Positions 26,271 to 36,384 of a DNA stretch of 64,000 nt are shown here, one piece after another (the stretch's first letter is position 1; each line of letters starts with the position of its first letter). The stretch covers positions 43,375 to 107,374 of IMG/VR virus record IMGVR_UViG_3300044835_000075. The stretch is one strand, 5' to 3'. The translations under genes and the position numbers were made by a program. The DNA is from a virus. The notes beneath the pieces are model-generated. The model ran no database searches. It was not told the origin of the DNA and worked only from the letters and a program-made list of their open reading frames with translations.

Positions 26271-26747
26271 ATGACCACGAAGGAAGCGACGGCCCACTAC
26301 GCCGCCGACCTCGCCCTGATCGCGCTCACCGGCCCGAGCCAGACCGGGAGCATCCTGCTCATCCAGCGCTCCGAGAAGTCCGATGCGCATCCCGGCGAGT
26401 GGGCGATCCCGGGCGGCTACGTCGACGCGGAGGAGACGTCCCGCTCGGCCGCGATCCGCGAACTTCACGAGGAGACCGGCATCGGCATCGACCCGGGCGG
26501 CATCGTGCACCTCGTCGGCGTCTACGACGACCCGTGGCGCGACCCGCGCGCCCGCGTCGTCTCGGTCGCCTACATGCACATCCTCGACCGTGAGGTCGAG
26601 CCGCTGGCCGCCGACGACGCGCAGGACGCCGAGTGGGTGCCGTTCACCTCGATCCGCAGGCTCACCCTCGCGTTCGACCACAACCACATCGTCAGCGACA
26701 TCATGGTCCGCCTGGGCTACGGGCACCTGCGCCCGATGACGTTCTGA
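26271..26747 (+). CDS. NUDIX hydrolase (ADP-ribose pyrophosphatase-like)
   Basis: PGGYVDAEETSRSAAIRELHEETG Nudix box; RDPR, LAFDH. Confidence 0.92.
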   Translation: MTTKEATAHYAADLALIALTGPSQTGSILLIQRSEKSDAHPGEWAIPGGYVDAEETSRSAAIRELHEETGIGIDPGGIVHLVGVYDDPWRDPRARVVSVAYMHILDREVEPLAADDAQDAEWVPFTSIRRLTLAFDHNHIVSDIMVRLGYGHLRPMTF

Positions 26748-26783
26748 ATCCCCGCCCGTTCCCGCCGCGCCGACCCCGAGGAC

Positions 26784-28382
26784 ATGCCTGCCATGCGAGA
26801 CATCACGTTGAAAGTGGAAGAGCCCATCGGCGCCACGGTCGTCCACCGGGACGCGCCGGACCTGGACATGACTCGCGACTCGGGGCAGCGTGCCGCCGAC
26901 CACCGCGAGTGGCTGGTCGCCGAGTTGCCGTCGGCGATCGACCAGCTCTACGAAAAGATCGGCATGACTCCCCGGCCGGGCGACCTCGATGCCGTCATCC
27001 GCTCCCTGCCGCCCGGCGGTATCCCGTGGACCCCTGCGGCGATCGTGAGCGCGGTGAAGGACGCGCTGGCCGCCGCCGACACGGTCCGCCAGCTCGCCGA
27101 CCTCCTCGGGGGCGGCCGGTCGTCGGCGAGGCGCGCCAACGTCCCGTCCGGTCTGCTGGCCCTGCACTCCATGCTGCCCGGCGAGGTCAAGGCGAAGCTC
27201 GACCTGCTGGGTCGGCAGAACGGCGAGATCGCGAAGCTCGCCCGCGTCGCCCAGGTCGCGAACGACCTCATCCCGGCGACGATGGGGAACGCGGACGGTG
27301 ACATCGTGTCCGTCGACATCCCGCTCGCCGAGCTGCCGACGCTGCTGCGCGAGTTCGTCAACGCGGTGACTGTCGAGGACGACGAGCGGGGCCGCATCAT
27401 CGACGGCGTCAAGGCCGCGTTGGGGTTGCGGGTCTCCGACCGCGACGACCTCGCCGACGACCTGGTGCCCGCGCTGGTCCGGTCCCGGCTGGAGGGCGAC
27501 GACTCCACCGAGCAGCTGTTCGGCCGGACACTGACCGATGTGCTGATCAGCTTCGGCCTCAACCCGCTGATGGACGAGGAGTCGGTCGTCGACGCTCTGC
27601 GGGAGAAGGCGGCCCACGACACGGACGCGGCGGTGAAGGCGGCGCTGGCGGAGTTCGGCCGCCGGATCATGATCGTGGCCGGGGCGGAGGAGGACATCGA
27701 CTTCCCGACGTCGGAGGTGGAGATGTCGGCGTTCATCGCGCAGGCCGTAAAGCCCCCTGTGTGCTCCGCTCACGGCACCATGGCGTGTGCCTGGTGCTCG
27801 CAGACCATCCCCGGCGGTCTGGACGACGACGGGGGCTGCACGGACTGCGGGACGTTCGGGGCGTACGGGATGCACTGGGACACCTGCCGCAACCGGATGC
27901 GCTCGGCCCCGCACTACGACATCGACGAGGTCACGGCGCTGCGCAAGTTCGCCGCCGACACCGTGCTCCGGCTGGACGGGGACGCGGAGACCGACGACTT
28001 GCGGCACGGTCGGCTCTCCGGTGAGCAGGTGATGGCGCTGCTCTCGGATGCCGATGTCGCGGTGAGGGACACTGTGACGCGCCACCAGCGGGTGCTGGGC
28101 CACCTCGACGCGGTGCGCCGGGTGATCGAGGATCCCGACGTCGCCGACGAGCATGTCGCGGATTCGGTGAAGCACCGGCTGGAGCAGGCCCGGCGCGATT
28201 CGCGCCCGGGTGAGGCGTTCCTGCGCGGCGAGGACGGCAAGACGGTGAAGTTCACCATGCCGTTCGTCTCCGACGAGGACGCCCGGAGGATCGCCGAGCA
28301 GTTCGCGTCGAGCATGGCGAAGGTCGACGAGCATATCGCGTCGGTGCTGCGCTCCGTGTCGAAGCCGAAGGACGGCGAGTGA
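26784..28382 (+). CDS. large helical hypothetical protein with a central Cys/His cluster
   Basis: 532 aa; CSAH..CAWC, CTDC..HWDTC. Confidence 0.75.
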   Translation: MPAMRDITLKVEEPIGATVVHRDAPDLDMTRDSGQRAADHREWLVAELPSAIDQLYEKIGMTPRPGDLDAVIRSLPPGGIPWTPAAIVSAVKDALAAADTVRQLADLLGGGRSSARRANVPSGLLALHSMLPGEVKAKLDLLGRQNGEIAKLARVAQVANDLIPATMGNADGDIVSVDIPLAELPTLLREFVNAVTVEDDERGRIIDGVKAALGLRVSDRDDLADDLVPALVRSRLEGDDSTEQLFGRTLTDVLISFGLNPLMDEESVVDALREKAAHDTDAAVKAALAEFGRRIMIVAGAEEDIDFPTSEVEMSAFIAQAVKPPVCSAHGTMACAWCSQTIPGGLDDDGGCTDCGTFGAYGMHWDTCRNRMRSAPHYDIDEVTALRKFAADTVLRLDGDAETDDLRHGRLSGEQVMALLSDADVAVRDTVTRHQRVLGHLDAVRRVIEDPDVADEHVADSVKHRLEQARRDSRPGEAFLRGEDGKTVKFTMPFVSDEDARRIAEQFASSMAKVDEHIASVLRSVSKPKDGE

Positions 28383-28585
28383 TGGCGCGCGTGGACGACG
28401 ATGTCGAGCGCACGGTCGTGGTGGTCAAGCTCGTGATCGGGTTGGCCATCACGGCCGGGCTGGAGGTGTTCGAGGCGATGTCGCCGCAGTCGTGGTTGTC
28501 GTGGTGGCTGGCGCCGGTCATCGGTTTCGGTGTGGTCTTCGGGGGTTTCTGGTTCTTCTTCGCGCTGTTCGACGGTGACCTGTGA
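28379..28585 (+). CDS. small membrane protein
   Basis: two hydrophobic segments. Confidence 0.65.
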   Translation: MMARVDDDVERTVVVVKLVIGLAITAGLEVFEAMSPQSWLSWWLAPVIGFGVVFGGFWFFFALFDGDL

Positions 28586-28911
28586 GTGCCGACGAGCAGT
28601 ACGCGCGGCTGCTGAGGACTCGCGATACCTACGAGACCGAGATCATGGAGGTCCTCGGGGAGATCGTCGTCGAGCTACGCGAGAAGGTGGCCACGGATCC
28701 GGAGTTCACGGCGGAGATGATGGCTTCGCAGATCAGGGAGCGCGCGGAGCATGTCCGCCATGACGCGTGGTTCCTGGCGAAGCAGAGGCTTCGGATCGCG
28801 ATCGTCGCGGGGTGCAGTGCAGAGCAGCAGCGGGAGGTGTCCCGCTATGTGATGGGGACTCCGGCGGAGGGCAACGCGTTCGAGGAGTTCTGCCGTGAAC
28901 CTCGGGGCTGA
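28582..28911 (+). CDS. hypothetical protein
   Basis: GTGA overlap. Confidence 0.65.
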   Translation: MSADEQYARLLRTRDTYETEIMEVLGEIVVELREKVATDPEFTAEMMASQIRERAEHVRHDAWFLAKQRLRIAIVAGCSAEQQREVSRYVMGTPAEGNAFEEFCREPRG

Positions 28912-29188
28912 GTTCGAGGGCGATCCGGCGGTGTCGAACCGGGTGGTCGCGGTGCGTCCGCTGGGGTTCGCTTTCGTCAACGAGCCGTGGTTCGTGGCGG
29001 GGATCTCGCTGCTGCTGTACCTGCGGTCGTCGCTGCCGCATTCGGGCGGCCTGCCGCCGATGGTGTGGCTGCTGCCGCCGCGCGAGGACTTCGCGCGGAT
29101 CCAGGGTGTGGCGACGATCTACGGCATTCCGGTGCGGGTGGTCGAGGGCATCACGGCGCACCTGGCGTTCGACCTGGAGGCGTCGTGA
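28895..29188 (+). CDS. hypothetical protein
   Basis: GAGGAG RBS. Confidence 0.6.
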   Translation: MNLGAEFEGDPAVSNRVVAVRPLGFAFVNEPWFVAGISLLLYLRSSLPHSGGLPPMVWLLPPREDFARIQGVATIYGIPVRVVEGITAHLAFDLEAS

Positions 29189-29808
29189 GGAGTGTGCGGG
29201 TTCAGGTGGAGCCGCTGGTGTCGTGGCCGTTCGAGGAGACGGCGGGCGGGCGGCGGGAGTACTCGCCGTTCAGCGCGACGTATTCGACGACGCTGGATGA
29301 TCTGGACCGGGAGCTGTTCGCGCTGGGCGCGCAGCGTCACGGCGTGGTGGCGTTGCAGGTGGTGACGGCGGATCACAGTATCCGGCGTGATGGTCTGCTG
29401 CGCGCCGGGGCGAGGATCTCGCATCCGGGGGTGGCGTTGTCGTTCGGGTCGGATCTGGGGCCGATGACGTTCTTCTGCGATCGGTTCGTGGCTCGCTCCG
29501 GCGGGGCGGACTGGGAGCACAATCTGCGTGCTCTGGTGCTGACGTTGGAGAAGATGCGGGCGATCGACCGGTATGGGGCGACGAACAACGGCCAGCAGTA
29601 CACGGGGTTCCTGGCGATCGAGGCGCCGCGCGCGGACCATGTGGCGGCGCGTCTGCGGTTGGCGGAGATCGGTGAGGCGGTGGTGTCGTCGTGCTCGGAT
29701 ACGCAGTTGGTGCGGGCGGCGCGGCGGAAGGCGCATCCGGATGCGCACGCGGGGCGGGTGGAGTTGTGGGATGAGGTCGAGTCGTTGACCCGGGTGCTGG
29801 GGGTCTAG
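29185..29808 (+). CDS. phage protein with C-terminal J-domain-like region
   Basis: RRDGL, HPGVALSF, CDRF...NLRAL, GFLAI then ARRKAHPD. Confidence 0.8.
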   Translation: MRSVRVQVEPLVSWPFEETAGGRREYSPFSATYSTTLDDLDRELFALGAQRHGVVALQVVTADHSIRRDGLLRAGARISHPGVALSFGSDLGPMTFFCDRFVARSGGADWEHNLRALVLTLEKMRAIDRYGATNNGQQYTGFLAIEAPRADHVAARLRLAEIGEAVVSSCSDTQLVRAARRKAHPDAHAGRVELWDEVESLTRVLGV

Positions 29809-29810
29809 CG

Positions 29811-30179
29811 GTGAGGCGGACGGGCGCGGCTCTCATCTTCGCCGTGGTGTGCACGGTGTCGGTGATGGTGTTCCCGGCGACGGTGGCGTCTCTGGTGCTG
29901 TTCGTGCCGCTGGTGGTGTTGGTGGCGTGGGTGGGCTGGGCGTCGATGTCGCGGGAGGCGTCGGCGGAGGACGATCGGGCGGCGCTGGTTCGGGCTTCGC
30001 GTCCGGATCGGGTGTTGCGCCGGGTGCCGGAGTCGGTGCTGCATCCGAGGGTGCCGTCGTTTCCGTCGGTGCCGCGTCCGGTGAAGGTGTCTCCGCAGTA
30101 TGTGTTGCCGCCGGGTGCCAGTGAGGTTCCCGGCACGGTGCGGGGGTGGCTGAAGTCGCCCCCATCGAGAAAGGTCTAG
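29811..30179 (+). CDS. membrane protein
   Basis: two N-terminal TM helices. Confidence 0.6.
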   Translation: MRRTGAALIFAVVCTVSVMVFPATVASLVLFVPLVVLVAWVGWASMSREASAEDDRAALVRASRPDRVLRRVPESVLHPRVPSFPSVPRPVKVSPQYVLPPGASEVPGTVRGWLKSPPSRKV

Positions 30180-30195
30180 ACCAATTACTAAGACG

Positions 30196-30711
30196 TTGTA
30201 CAACGACCCCCGCTACGACCCCTACGACGACCAGCTCAAGGCCGTCCAGAAGGAGAACGACCAGTACGCGCACGGCATGACCGGCGAGGAGATCGCGACC
30301 GAGGCCCGCGACCGGTCCCACCTGCTGCGCAACAACTTCACCGGCCCGTGGATCCGCGAGGACGGCCTGATCAAGTTCCGGCCGCAGCCGCCGCGCTCCC
30401 CGGTCCCGAACTACCTCGGCCCCTTCGCCGTCGGCGACAAAGTGATCGTCAACAGCGGCATTGCTATCGGCGTCATCGAGTACGCCGACGCCACCGGGAT
30501 GCTCGTCGTGCCCGAGCCGCCGCACATACCGATCGAGTCCGAGCCGGGCGCCTGGTTCCCCGCCACCGGCATCCACTCCATCACCCCGTTCGACCGGTTC
30601 CCCCGCCCACCCGTCGAGCCTGACGAATTCGACGAGCCGTCCGGGATCCCCGACGAGTCGCTCCCGATGAACCCGCCGCCCACCCTTCCGCCCGAGCAGG
30701 GGATGTTCTGA
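30196..30711 (+). CDS. Pro-rich hypothetical protein
   Basis: ORF coupled to next gene; start uncertain. Confidence 0.65.
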   Translation: MYNDPRYDPYDDQLKAVQKENDQYAHGMTGEEIATEARDRSHLLRNNFTGPWIREDGLIKFRPQPPRSPVPNYLGPFAVGDKVIVNSGIAIGVIEYADATGMLVVPEPPHIPIESEPGAWFPATGIHSITPFDRFPRPPVEPDEFDEPSGIPDESLPMNPPPTLPPEQGMF

Positions 30712-31265
30712 TGCCTGAAGACACGCACGCCTGGCGCACGACGCGGCAGTTCGGCAATGCGATCCGCGCGGCCCTCGCCGCCTGCAAGGCCCTCTACGAC
30801 GACGTGATCATCCCCTACAACGAGGCCCACCCGGGTACCGAACTGATCCGCGCCACGCCTGGTCCGACGTCGTTCGACCACCGCATCGACGGCTTCACCG
30901 ACGGCGACAAGAAGTCGCCGCTGCCGGACGGGCTGAGCCGCGCACAGAAGCGCTGGTGGCTGGTCCCGGTGCGCGGGAAGGCCGGTGACCCGTGGCGCGC
31001 GGTGCTCGCCCAGATGAACACCATGCCGAAGGTCGGCAAAGTGTTCCGCGACTTCGGGTTCCCGGTCTACACGATCAAGGGCAGCTGGATCTCCCGCACG
31101 CGGGTGTTCGACGACGGCACCGACGTCTACCTCACCAGCACCCAGGACGTCTTGGAGCAGCACCCGTGCGACCACGTGGTGCCGGTCAAGATGTCGGAGT
31201 ACCACGCCGCCCGCGAGGCTGCTGCTGCCGCCGCTGATTCTCCTGCGGTGGGTGACCTCGCATGA
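30711..31265 (+). CDS. hypothetical protein
   Basis: TGATG coupling. Confidence 0.7.
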   Translation: MPEDTHAWRTTRQFGNAIRAALAACKALYDDVIIPYNEAHPGTELIRATPGPTSFDHRIDGFTDGDKKSPLPDGLSRAQKRWWLVPVRGKAGDPWRAVLAQMNTMPKVGKVFRDFGFPVYTIKGSWISRTRVFDDGTDVYLTSTQDVLEQHPCDHVVPVKMSEYHAAREAAAAAADSPAVGDLA

Positions 31266-31585
31266 TGGGCTGCACGCGCCCCGGACTGCTGATCAGCGAC
31301 GCATCCGGCGGCGGCGCCCGGGTGCTGAAGTACCCGCTGGCGTTGGAGTCGGTGACGTCGCTGGTCCTGCCGCCGGACGCGCCGATCCTGAAGATCGCCG
31401 AGCAGCACGGCGGGATCATGCTGTGGGCGGTGATGCGGCAGGACAGGCCGACGGAGCCGCCGATGGAGAAGCGGCACTTCTACGTCGTCGGCACCGGTGA
31501 CCTGATCCCGTCGGTGTGCCACACCTACCACGATTCGGTGTTCATCGACCAATACGTCCTCCACGTCTTCGAGGGGTTCCGGTAA
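31262..31585 (+). CDS. conserved phage hypothetical protein
   Basis: KYPL...LWA...VGTG...VLHVFE pattern. Confidence 0.7.
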   Translation: MMGCTRPGLLISDASGGGARVLKYPLALESVTSLVLPPDAPILKIAEQHGGIMLWAVMRQDRPTEPPMEKRHFYVVGTGDLIPSVCHTYHDSVFIDQYVLHVFEGFR

Positions 31586-31824
31586 TGGTAATGAAGTTCG
31601 TTCTCAAAGTTGTCATCCGCATTATCGACAGGCGGTGGAACAAGCGCATCCATCACTTCCTTCGCGTCATGGACCTCTGCGAGGAGGCGAACCCGAACGA
31701 CATCGCGCACAAGGAAGAGCACGCCCGGTTCCGTATGGTCATGGCCGACGATCTTGCCCGTTGGCACGCGAAGCGGGATGCGCTTCTGGTGCAGAGCAAG
31801 CAGAAAAGCGACGCGGGCAACTAG
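31585..31824 (+). CDS. small hypothetical protein
   Basis: TAATG coupling. Confidence 0.6.
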   Translation: MVMKFVLKVVIRIIDRRWNKRIHHFLRVMDLCEEANPNDIAHKEEHARFRMVMADDLARWHAKRDALLVQSKQKSDAGN

Positions 31825-31865
31825 CCCGGCCGACCCCGGAAGTATCAACCGAAAGGACGCCCGCC

Positions 31866-32330
31866 ATGGCTTTCAATTTCCGACTTCCCGACACCGACAT
31901 TCCTCCGCTGGAACGCCCGGAAGGGAGCATCAACGCCAAGTTGCACGAATTAGCGGTCGTCCGCGAACACGTCGGTGACATCAGCGGAATGCTGCTGCTG
32001 CTCCCCCGCACCGGCATCATCGTCACCCCGATCAAAATGACCACTTCGGGGTGGGGGTGCCGCATTGTCGAGGGCAACGACGTGTACCCGCGCGGCGGCT
32101 ACGACATCGACGTGTCCAACTGGGAGTTGCAGCGCGCCCCCGAGGCGCTCGTGCTGCCTGTGTCGGTGTGCGAGCGGGGCGTCGAGTACGGAGTGCTCCC
32201 CTGGGCCACGCCGAGTGCGGAACCGGTCTGGTACCGCTCCGAGGCCGAGGCGCGCGCGGCGTTCGACCCGGACAAGGACTACCTGTTCAGCCGGGAGGCC
32301 CACTACGCCGCTCCGAAGCGGGTGGAGTGA
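31866..32330 (+). CDS. hypothetical protein
   Basis: GAAAGGA RBS. Confidence 0.7.
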   Translation: MAFNFRLPDTDIPPLERPEGSINAKLHELAVVREHVGDISGMLLLLPRTGIIVTPIKMTTSGWGCRIVEGNDVYPRGGYDIDVSNWELQRAPEALVLPVSVCERGVEYGVLPWATPSAEPVWYRSEAEARAAFDPDKDYLFSREAHYAAPKRVE

Positions 32331-32875
32331 TGCGGCTCGAACGCTCGGCCTCCGGTGACCAGCAGGTAGCTTTCCCCGACGACCAGCCGGACGACATGCT
32401 CTACGACTCGCTGGCGGGATGCCCGTTCTGCGAGCGGTTGAAGACCCTGGAGTTCGAGGCCGCCAACGCCGACGCGGTCACGTTCGCCCCGCTCAACCCG
32501 GTGGTGCCCGGTCACATGCTGGTCGTGCCGCGTCATCACGTGGCGAATGCGGCGGTGTCGCCGTACATCACCGGCACGACGGTGGCGTACGCCTGTGAGC
32601 GGGTGCGGGCGATGGGCCAGGACTCGAACATGATCATCAATGTCGGGAAGGACGCGGGGCAATCCGTGTTCCACCTCCATGTCCACATCTTGCCTCGGGT
32701 TCCGGGCGACGACGTGGTCATGCCGTGGACGCGGCGCACGCGCAACGCGATGGAGGAGACGGTGATGGCGGCGGGCTACAAGGCGCTCAACACCCCGCCG
32801 GTCGAGCCGCAGGTACGCACAGTCGTCTGCTACCTGCCTCCGGGGTATGGCCCGATGAGGGAGCGTGGCCGGTGA
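32330..32875 (+). CDS. HIT family nucleotide hydrolase
   Basis: CPFC, PGHMLVVPRHH, AGQSVFHLHVHILP. Confidence 0.92.
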   Translation: MRLERSASGDQQVAFPDDQPDDMLYDSLAGCPFCERLKTLEFEAANADAVTFAPLNPVVPGHMLVVPRHHVANAAVSPYITGTTVAYACERVRAMGQDSNMIINVGKDAGQSVFHLHVHILPRVPGDDVVMPWTRRTRNAMEETVMAAGYKALNTPPVEPQVRTVVCYLPPGYGPMRERGR

Positions 32876-33081
32876 GCTGGTGGAACCTGGCCGGGATCCT
32901 CGCGGTCACCCTGTACCTGTGGGCCGGGTTCTGCCTGGCGTTGGAGGTGGACAAGGAGATCACCGCGTCGTTTCCGGTGCCGGAGGCGCTTCGGCGGGGG
33001 CTGGCGGTGCTGATGCTCGTGGGCTGGCTTCCGGTACTGATAGCGGGTGCCCTGACGGGGAAGAGCGGTGAAGGCAAGTGA
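32872..33081 (+). CDS. small membrane protein
   Basis: two TM helices. Confidence 0.65.
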   Translation: MSWWNLAGILAVTLYLWAGFCLALEVDKEITASFPVPEALRRGLAVLMLVGWLPVLIAGALTGKSGEGK

Positions 33082-33126
33082 GCAGGAAACGGAGACGGCG
33101 GCCTATGGGCAGACACAGGGGACGCG

Positions 33127-33312
33127 ATGAGGTCGGTGAATCACCGGATCCAGCAGGTGGACCGGGAGCTGCTGAGATTCGTTGGCCTGGGGACGGACCC
33201 GCAGGGGAGGGACCCGGCGAACCGGTTGCTCGACGAGCGGTTGATCTTGATGGACGAGCGGGACCGAGGGTTCCGTCTCACCGATCGCCGGAGGGTCACG
33301 CCGACCACTTGA
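33127..33312 (+). CDS. small hypothetical protein
   Basis: AGGGGA RBS; competing frame 33078..33398 cannot be excluded. Confidence 0.4.
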   Translation: MRSVNHRIQQVDRELLRFVGLGTDPQGRDPANRLLDERLILMDERDRGFRLTDRRRVTPTT

Positions 33313-33379
33313 CGTTGCCGCCCGTCGACAGTCTGGAGCTGCCGACACCGATTTTCGACGAGATGATGAAGGGATCCGC

Positions 33380-33697
33380 GTGGCAGACAGCGAGCTGACC
33401 GAGGACCAGCGGCTACTGAAGGCCGCGTTGCTGGCCCTCAAGGACGTGCACACGGCGTGGGCGGTCGCGGTGGACGCGGTAGATGCGGTCACGGCGTCGG
33501 AGTGGGTCGAGGATGCCGACGCCGAGGAGATGGACAACCAGGTCGACGAGGTCGCCGCCGGGCTGGGCAGGGTGCTGGGGGGTCTGGCGGTCATCGCTGG
33601 CCGGTTGGCGCTGTCCGAACTGGTGGCGGCGGAGATCGCGGAGGTCGAGGCGGTGTCGGGTCCGCCGGACATCCGCGACAAGCTGGCCCGGGATTAA
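33380..33697 (+). CDS. acidic helical hypothetical protein
   Basis: GAAGGGA RBS. Confidence 0.7.
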   Translation: MADSELTEDQRLLKAALLALKDVHTAWAVAVDAVDAVTASEWVEDADAEEMDNQVDEVAAGLGRVLGGLAVIAGRLALSELVAAEIAEVEAVSGPPDIRDKLARD

Positions 33698-33705
33698 TCC
33701 AATAA

Positions 33706-33767
33706 TTGACTAGCCGCTCTCCTCTCGGCTAAGGTGCTCAGTGTTCCGCACCGCCGAGAGGAGAGCG
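33706..33767 (+). promoter_or_regulatory. class II promoter cassette TTGACT-18-TAAGGT plus GTTCCGC, inside a 15-bp inverted repeat
   Basis: repeat motif; CGCTCTCCTCTCGGC/GCCGAGAGGAGAGCG. Confidence 0.85.
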
Positions 33768-33773
33768 TTTTTC

Positions 33774-34073
33774 ATGGCAAAGAAGTCCGCACCGGGGTCA
33801 CGCACCCCGAAACTCGCCAGCCCCCGAGGCCCCGGCGCCAATCAGTTCGAGCCCACCGGGCCCATCGACTACATCGTCGAACTGCACCCCGATACCCCCG
33901 GCATCCCCCCCCACTTCGAACGCGTCGGCGCCAGCTCCCCCGCCGAGGCCTACTCGAAGGTAGCCCGCACGCTCACCGACGCCTGGCTCATCTACCGCCT
34001 CTACGTCGCCGTCGAACCCGTCGCCTGGCAGCCACTCGACGACGCCACCGGGTCGCCGCTGAAGGGCAGGTGA
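33774..34073 (+). CDS. hypothetical protein
   Basis: GAGGAG RBS. Confidence 0.7.
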   Translation: MAKKSAPGSRTPKLASPRGPGANQFEPTGPIDYIVELHPDTPGIPPHFERVGASSPAEAYSKVARTLTDAWLIYRLYVAVEPVAWQPLDDATGSPLKGR

Positions 34074-34076
34074 GAC

Positions 34077-34709
34077 GTGGCCAACGACAAACCCGGCCGC
34101 CCCGTCGACAAAGGCCCCTGCACCGCGCAGAAGCACAACCCGACGCCCCACGGCTACCGCCGGGGCTGCCGCTGCCCCGAGGCCCGCGCCGCGTGGACCG
34201 CCTACCAGTCCGACTACCAGGCCCGACGCCGCACCGGTGAAGCCCGCCCCCGCACATTCAACCCCGAGACCCAGCTGATCAGGCAACGCGAGAAGCAACT
34301 ACGAGAGGAGGCCGAGAAGATGCGCAAGTTCAAGCTCGCCCAGGACATCGCCGACCGCAACCACGCCCTCGCCGTCTGCGCCCAGCGCCGCCTGCGCGCC
34401 CTCATGCGCATCGGCTACACCCAAGCCAACCTCACCACCCTCACCGGCCTGGGCGCCACCACCATCATCAGCATCACCGGAAACAAGCCGGGAAGCATCC
34501 GGCCCGCCACCGCCGAACTGGTCAAAGCCGTCTACGACACCTGCCAGTTCATCCAAGGCCCCAGCAAAATCGCCGCGATGTACGCCCACGGGCGCGGCTA
34601 CCTCCCCCCGGCCGCCTGGGATCCGCACGACCTCGACGACCCCGACGCCGAACCCACCTGGCCCCGCCGCAAGCCCGCTGCCCAGCAGCTCAGGAGTTGC
34701 CCGTCATGA
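34077..34709 (+). CDS. putative DNA-binding protein (Zn site plus HTH)
   Basis: HGYRRGCRC; RRLRALMRIGYTQANLTTLTGL. Confidence 0.7.
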   Translation: MANDKPGRPVDKGPCTAQKHNPTPHGYRRGCRCPEARAAWTAYQSDYQARRRTGEARPRTFNPETQLIRQREKQLREEAEKMRKFKLAQDIADRNHALAVCAQRRLRALMRIGYTQANLTTLTGLGATTIISITGNKPGSIRPATAELVKAVYDTCQFIQGPSKIAAMYAHGRGYLPPAAWDPHDLDDPDAEPTWPRRKPAAQQLRSCPS

Positions 34710-34963
34710 CCGACCCCGCCGCTGCCCTCGCCGCGATCATGGCCCGCCTCAACCGCTACATCGGCCAGCCGTGCACCGTGCCCACCCGCAAGGGGGGCCG
34801 CGTCACCGGCACCCTGTCCGGCTACGAACTGCGCGAGATCGACGGGTCGGTGTGGGTCACCTTCCGCGAACACGGCCGCCCCGTCGAAGCCACCGGCTAC
34901 CCCGAGTCGGCGAAAACTCTCCCTTCTCAGCCTGCCCAGATCGAAGAGAAAGGCCAGCAGTGA
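34706..34963 (+). CDS. small hypothetical protein
   Basis: ATGA overlap. Confidence 0.65.
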   Translation: MTDPAAALAAIMARLNRYIGQPCTVPTRKGGRVTGTLSGYELREIDGSVWVTFREHGRPVEATGYPESAKTLPSQPAQIEEKGQQ

Positions 34964-35481
34964 TCACGATCGACATCACCATCACCGACGACGACAGCGA
35001 CGAAAACGTATCCATCGGCTTCGCCGTCGCCAGCCCCGACCGCGTTCGGGCCGCCGTCGCCCGCGCCGCCAACGCGGCCTGCCTCGCCGGTGGCTACGAA
35101 ACCCTGCAAGAGCAGGCCACCCGAGTCGCACCGCTCGTATTCCCGCCGTCGGAAGTGCAGCGCCGGGCATCCCGGTTGGCCGCCGCGATCGACTCGAAGT
35201 TCCCCGAGGAGCTTGACAAGGCGCGCACCGCCCACCGGCTCGGGCAGCTCGCCAACCGCAACCGCGTCGCCACACGGACCGAGTTCGGTCCCACCATGAC
35301 CCCCGGCGCGATCGAGACCCTCGACACCGCGCTCGAAGCGCTCGGCGACCTGCTCGGCACGCTCAAGCGGATCAACCCGGAGTCGAGCACCGCCGACGGC
35401 CTGACCACGATCCCGGTCACCGAAGAGGTCACCTTCACCACGCACGGCGCGGCCTCGTTCATCGGAAAGGACGAGTCCTGA
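34960..35481 (+). CDS. hypothetical protein
   Basis: GTGA overlap. Confidence 0.7.
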   Translation: MITIDITITDDDSDENVSIGFAVASPDRVRAAVARAANAACLAGGYETLQEQATRVAPLVFPPSEVQRRASRLAAAIDSKFPEELDKARTAHRLGQLANRNRVATRTEFGPTMTPGAIETLDTALEALGDLLGTLKRINPESSTADGLTTIPVTEEVTFTTHGAASFIGKDES

Positions 35482-35891
35482 TGCTGATCATCAAGGGTCC
35501 GGGCAAGGGCCGCACCGTGAGGGCGCACCAGTGGTCGAACGACTGGATCTCAGCCGACGACGAGAACGGCAAACCGCTGATCCTCTCCCCGCGATCGGTG
35601 AGGCTCGACGACGAGGAGATCGCCCGCTTCCGCGCCACCCTCGACGCGACCCGAATCGGGTACTTCTGGAAGTGGTGGGAGCTGCTCGACGACGGCACCT
35701 TCCTGGGTATCCGGCCGCACCCCTCCGGCGGCGGCCTCGGCCTGAACAGCACCCGCACGATCCGCAAGTCCTCCGAAGAAGCAGGGCCGTGCACGTGCCA
35801 GCCGGTGGGCCGGATCTGCCGCCGCTGCAAGGCGCTCGGCCGCGAATTCAACGTGCCCGTCACCCAGGGGAAGGTCAGTACCGATGGATGA
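35481..35891 (+). CDS. hypothetical protein
   Basis: TGATG coupling; C-terminal Cys cluster. Confidence 0.7.
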   Translation: MLIIKGPGKGRTVRAHQWSNDWISADDENGKPLILSPRSVRLDDEEIARFRATLDATRIGYFWKWWELLDDGTFLGIRPHPSGGGLGLNSTRTIRKSSEEAGPCTCQPVGRICRRCKALGREFNVPVTQGKVSTDG

Positions 35892-36384
35892 CATCGTGTT
35901 CAGCCGCGTCACCGACGCGCCGACCATCACCGGCAAGCAGGGCCAGATGCTCCGCACCGTCCTGTCCGAGGCCAACGCGCCCGGCCTGGGCTTCTCCTGG
36001 CTCGAAGTCACCATGCCCTCATCCGCCGAAGGCATCTCCGTCCCCCACGTGCACCGCTACAGCGCCATCGCGGTCCGGCTGCGCACCGGGCGGGGCGTCA
36101 CCCTCACCGGCGACGACCTGAGCCACTACGACGCACACGGCCCTGGCGAGGTGGTCGCGGTCAAAGCGAACGTCCTGCACGTCGCGGTCAACCTCGACCC
36201 CGGCCTGCCCGACGGCTCCGTCCCTGGCTTCACGATCGTCGGCGACGAGATCCGCAACGACCCGCACGGCAACAACGACGTCATCGCGTTCCCCGAGATG
36301 CACGACCTCGCCCGGCGCCGCGCCGCGCAGGTCCGCGCACTGGACGCGGCCGGTGCCCTGCTCGACCGGGGTGACCTGCCGTGA
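35884..36384 (+). CDS. cupin-domain protein
   Basis: PHVH...GPGEVVAVKANVLHVAVN. Confidence 0.75.
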   Translation: MDDIVFSRVTDAPTITGKQGQMLRTVLSEANAPGLGFSWLEVTMPSSAEGISVPHVHRYSAIAVRLRTGRGVTLTGDDLSHYDAHGPGEVVAVKANVLHVAVNLDPGLPDGSVPGFTIVGDEIRNDPHGNNDVIAFPEMHDLARRRAAQVRALDAAGALLDRGDLP

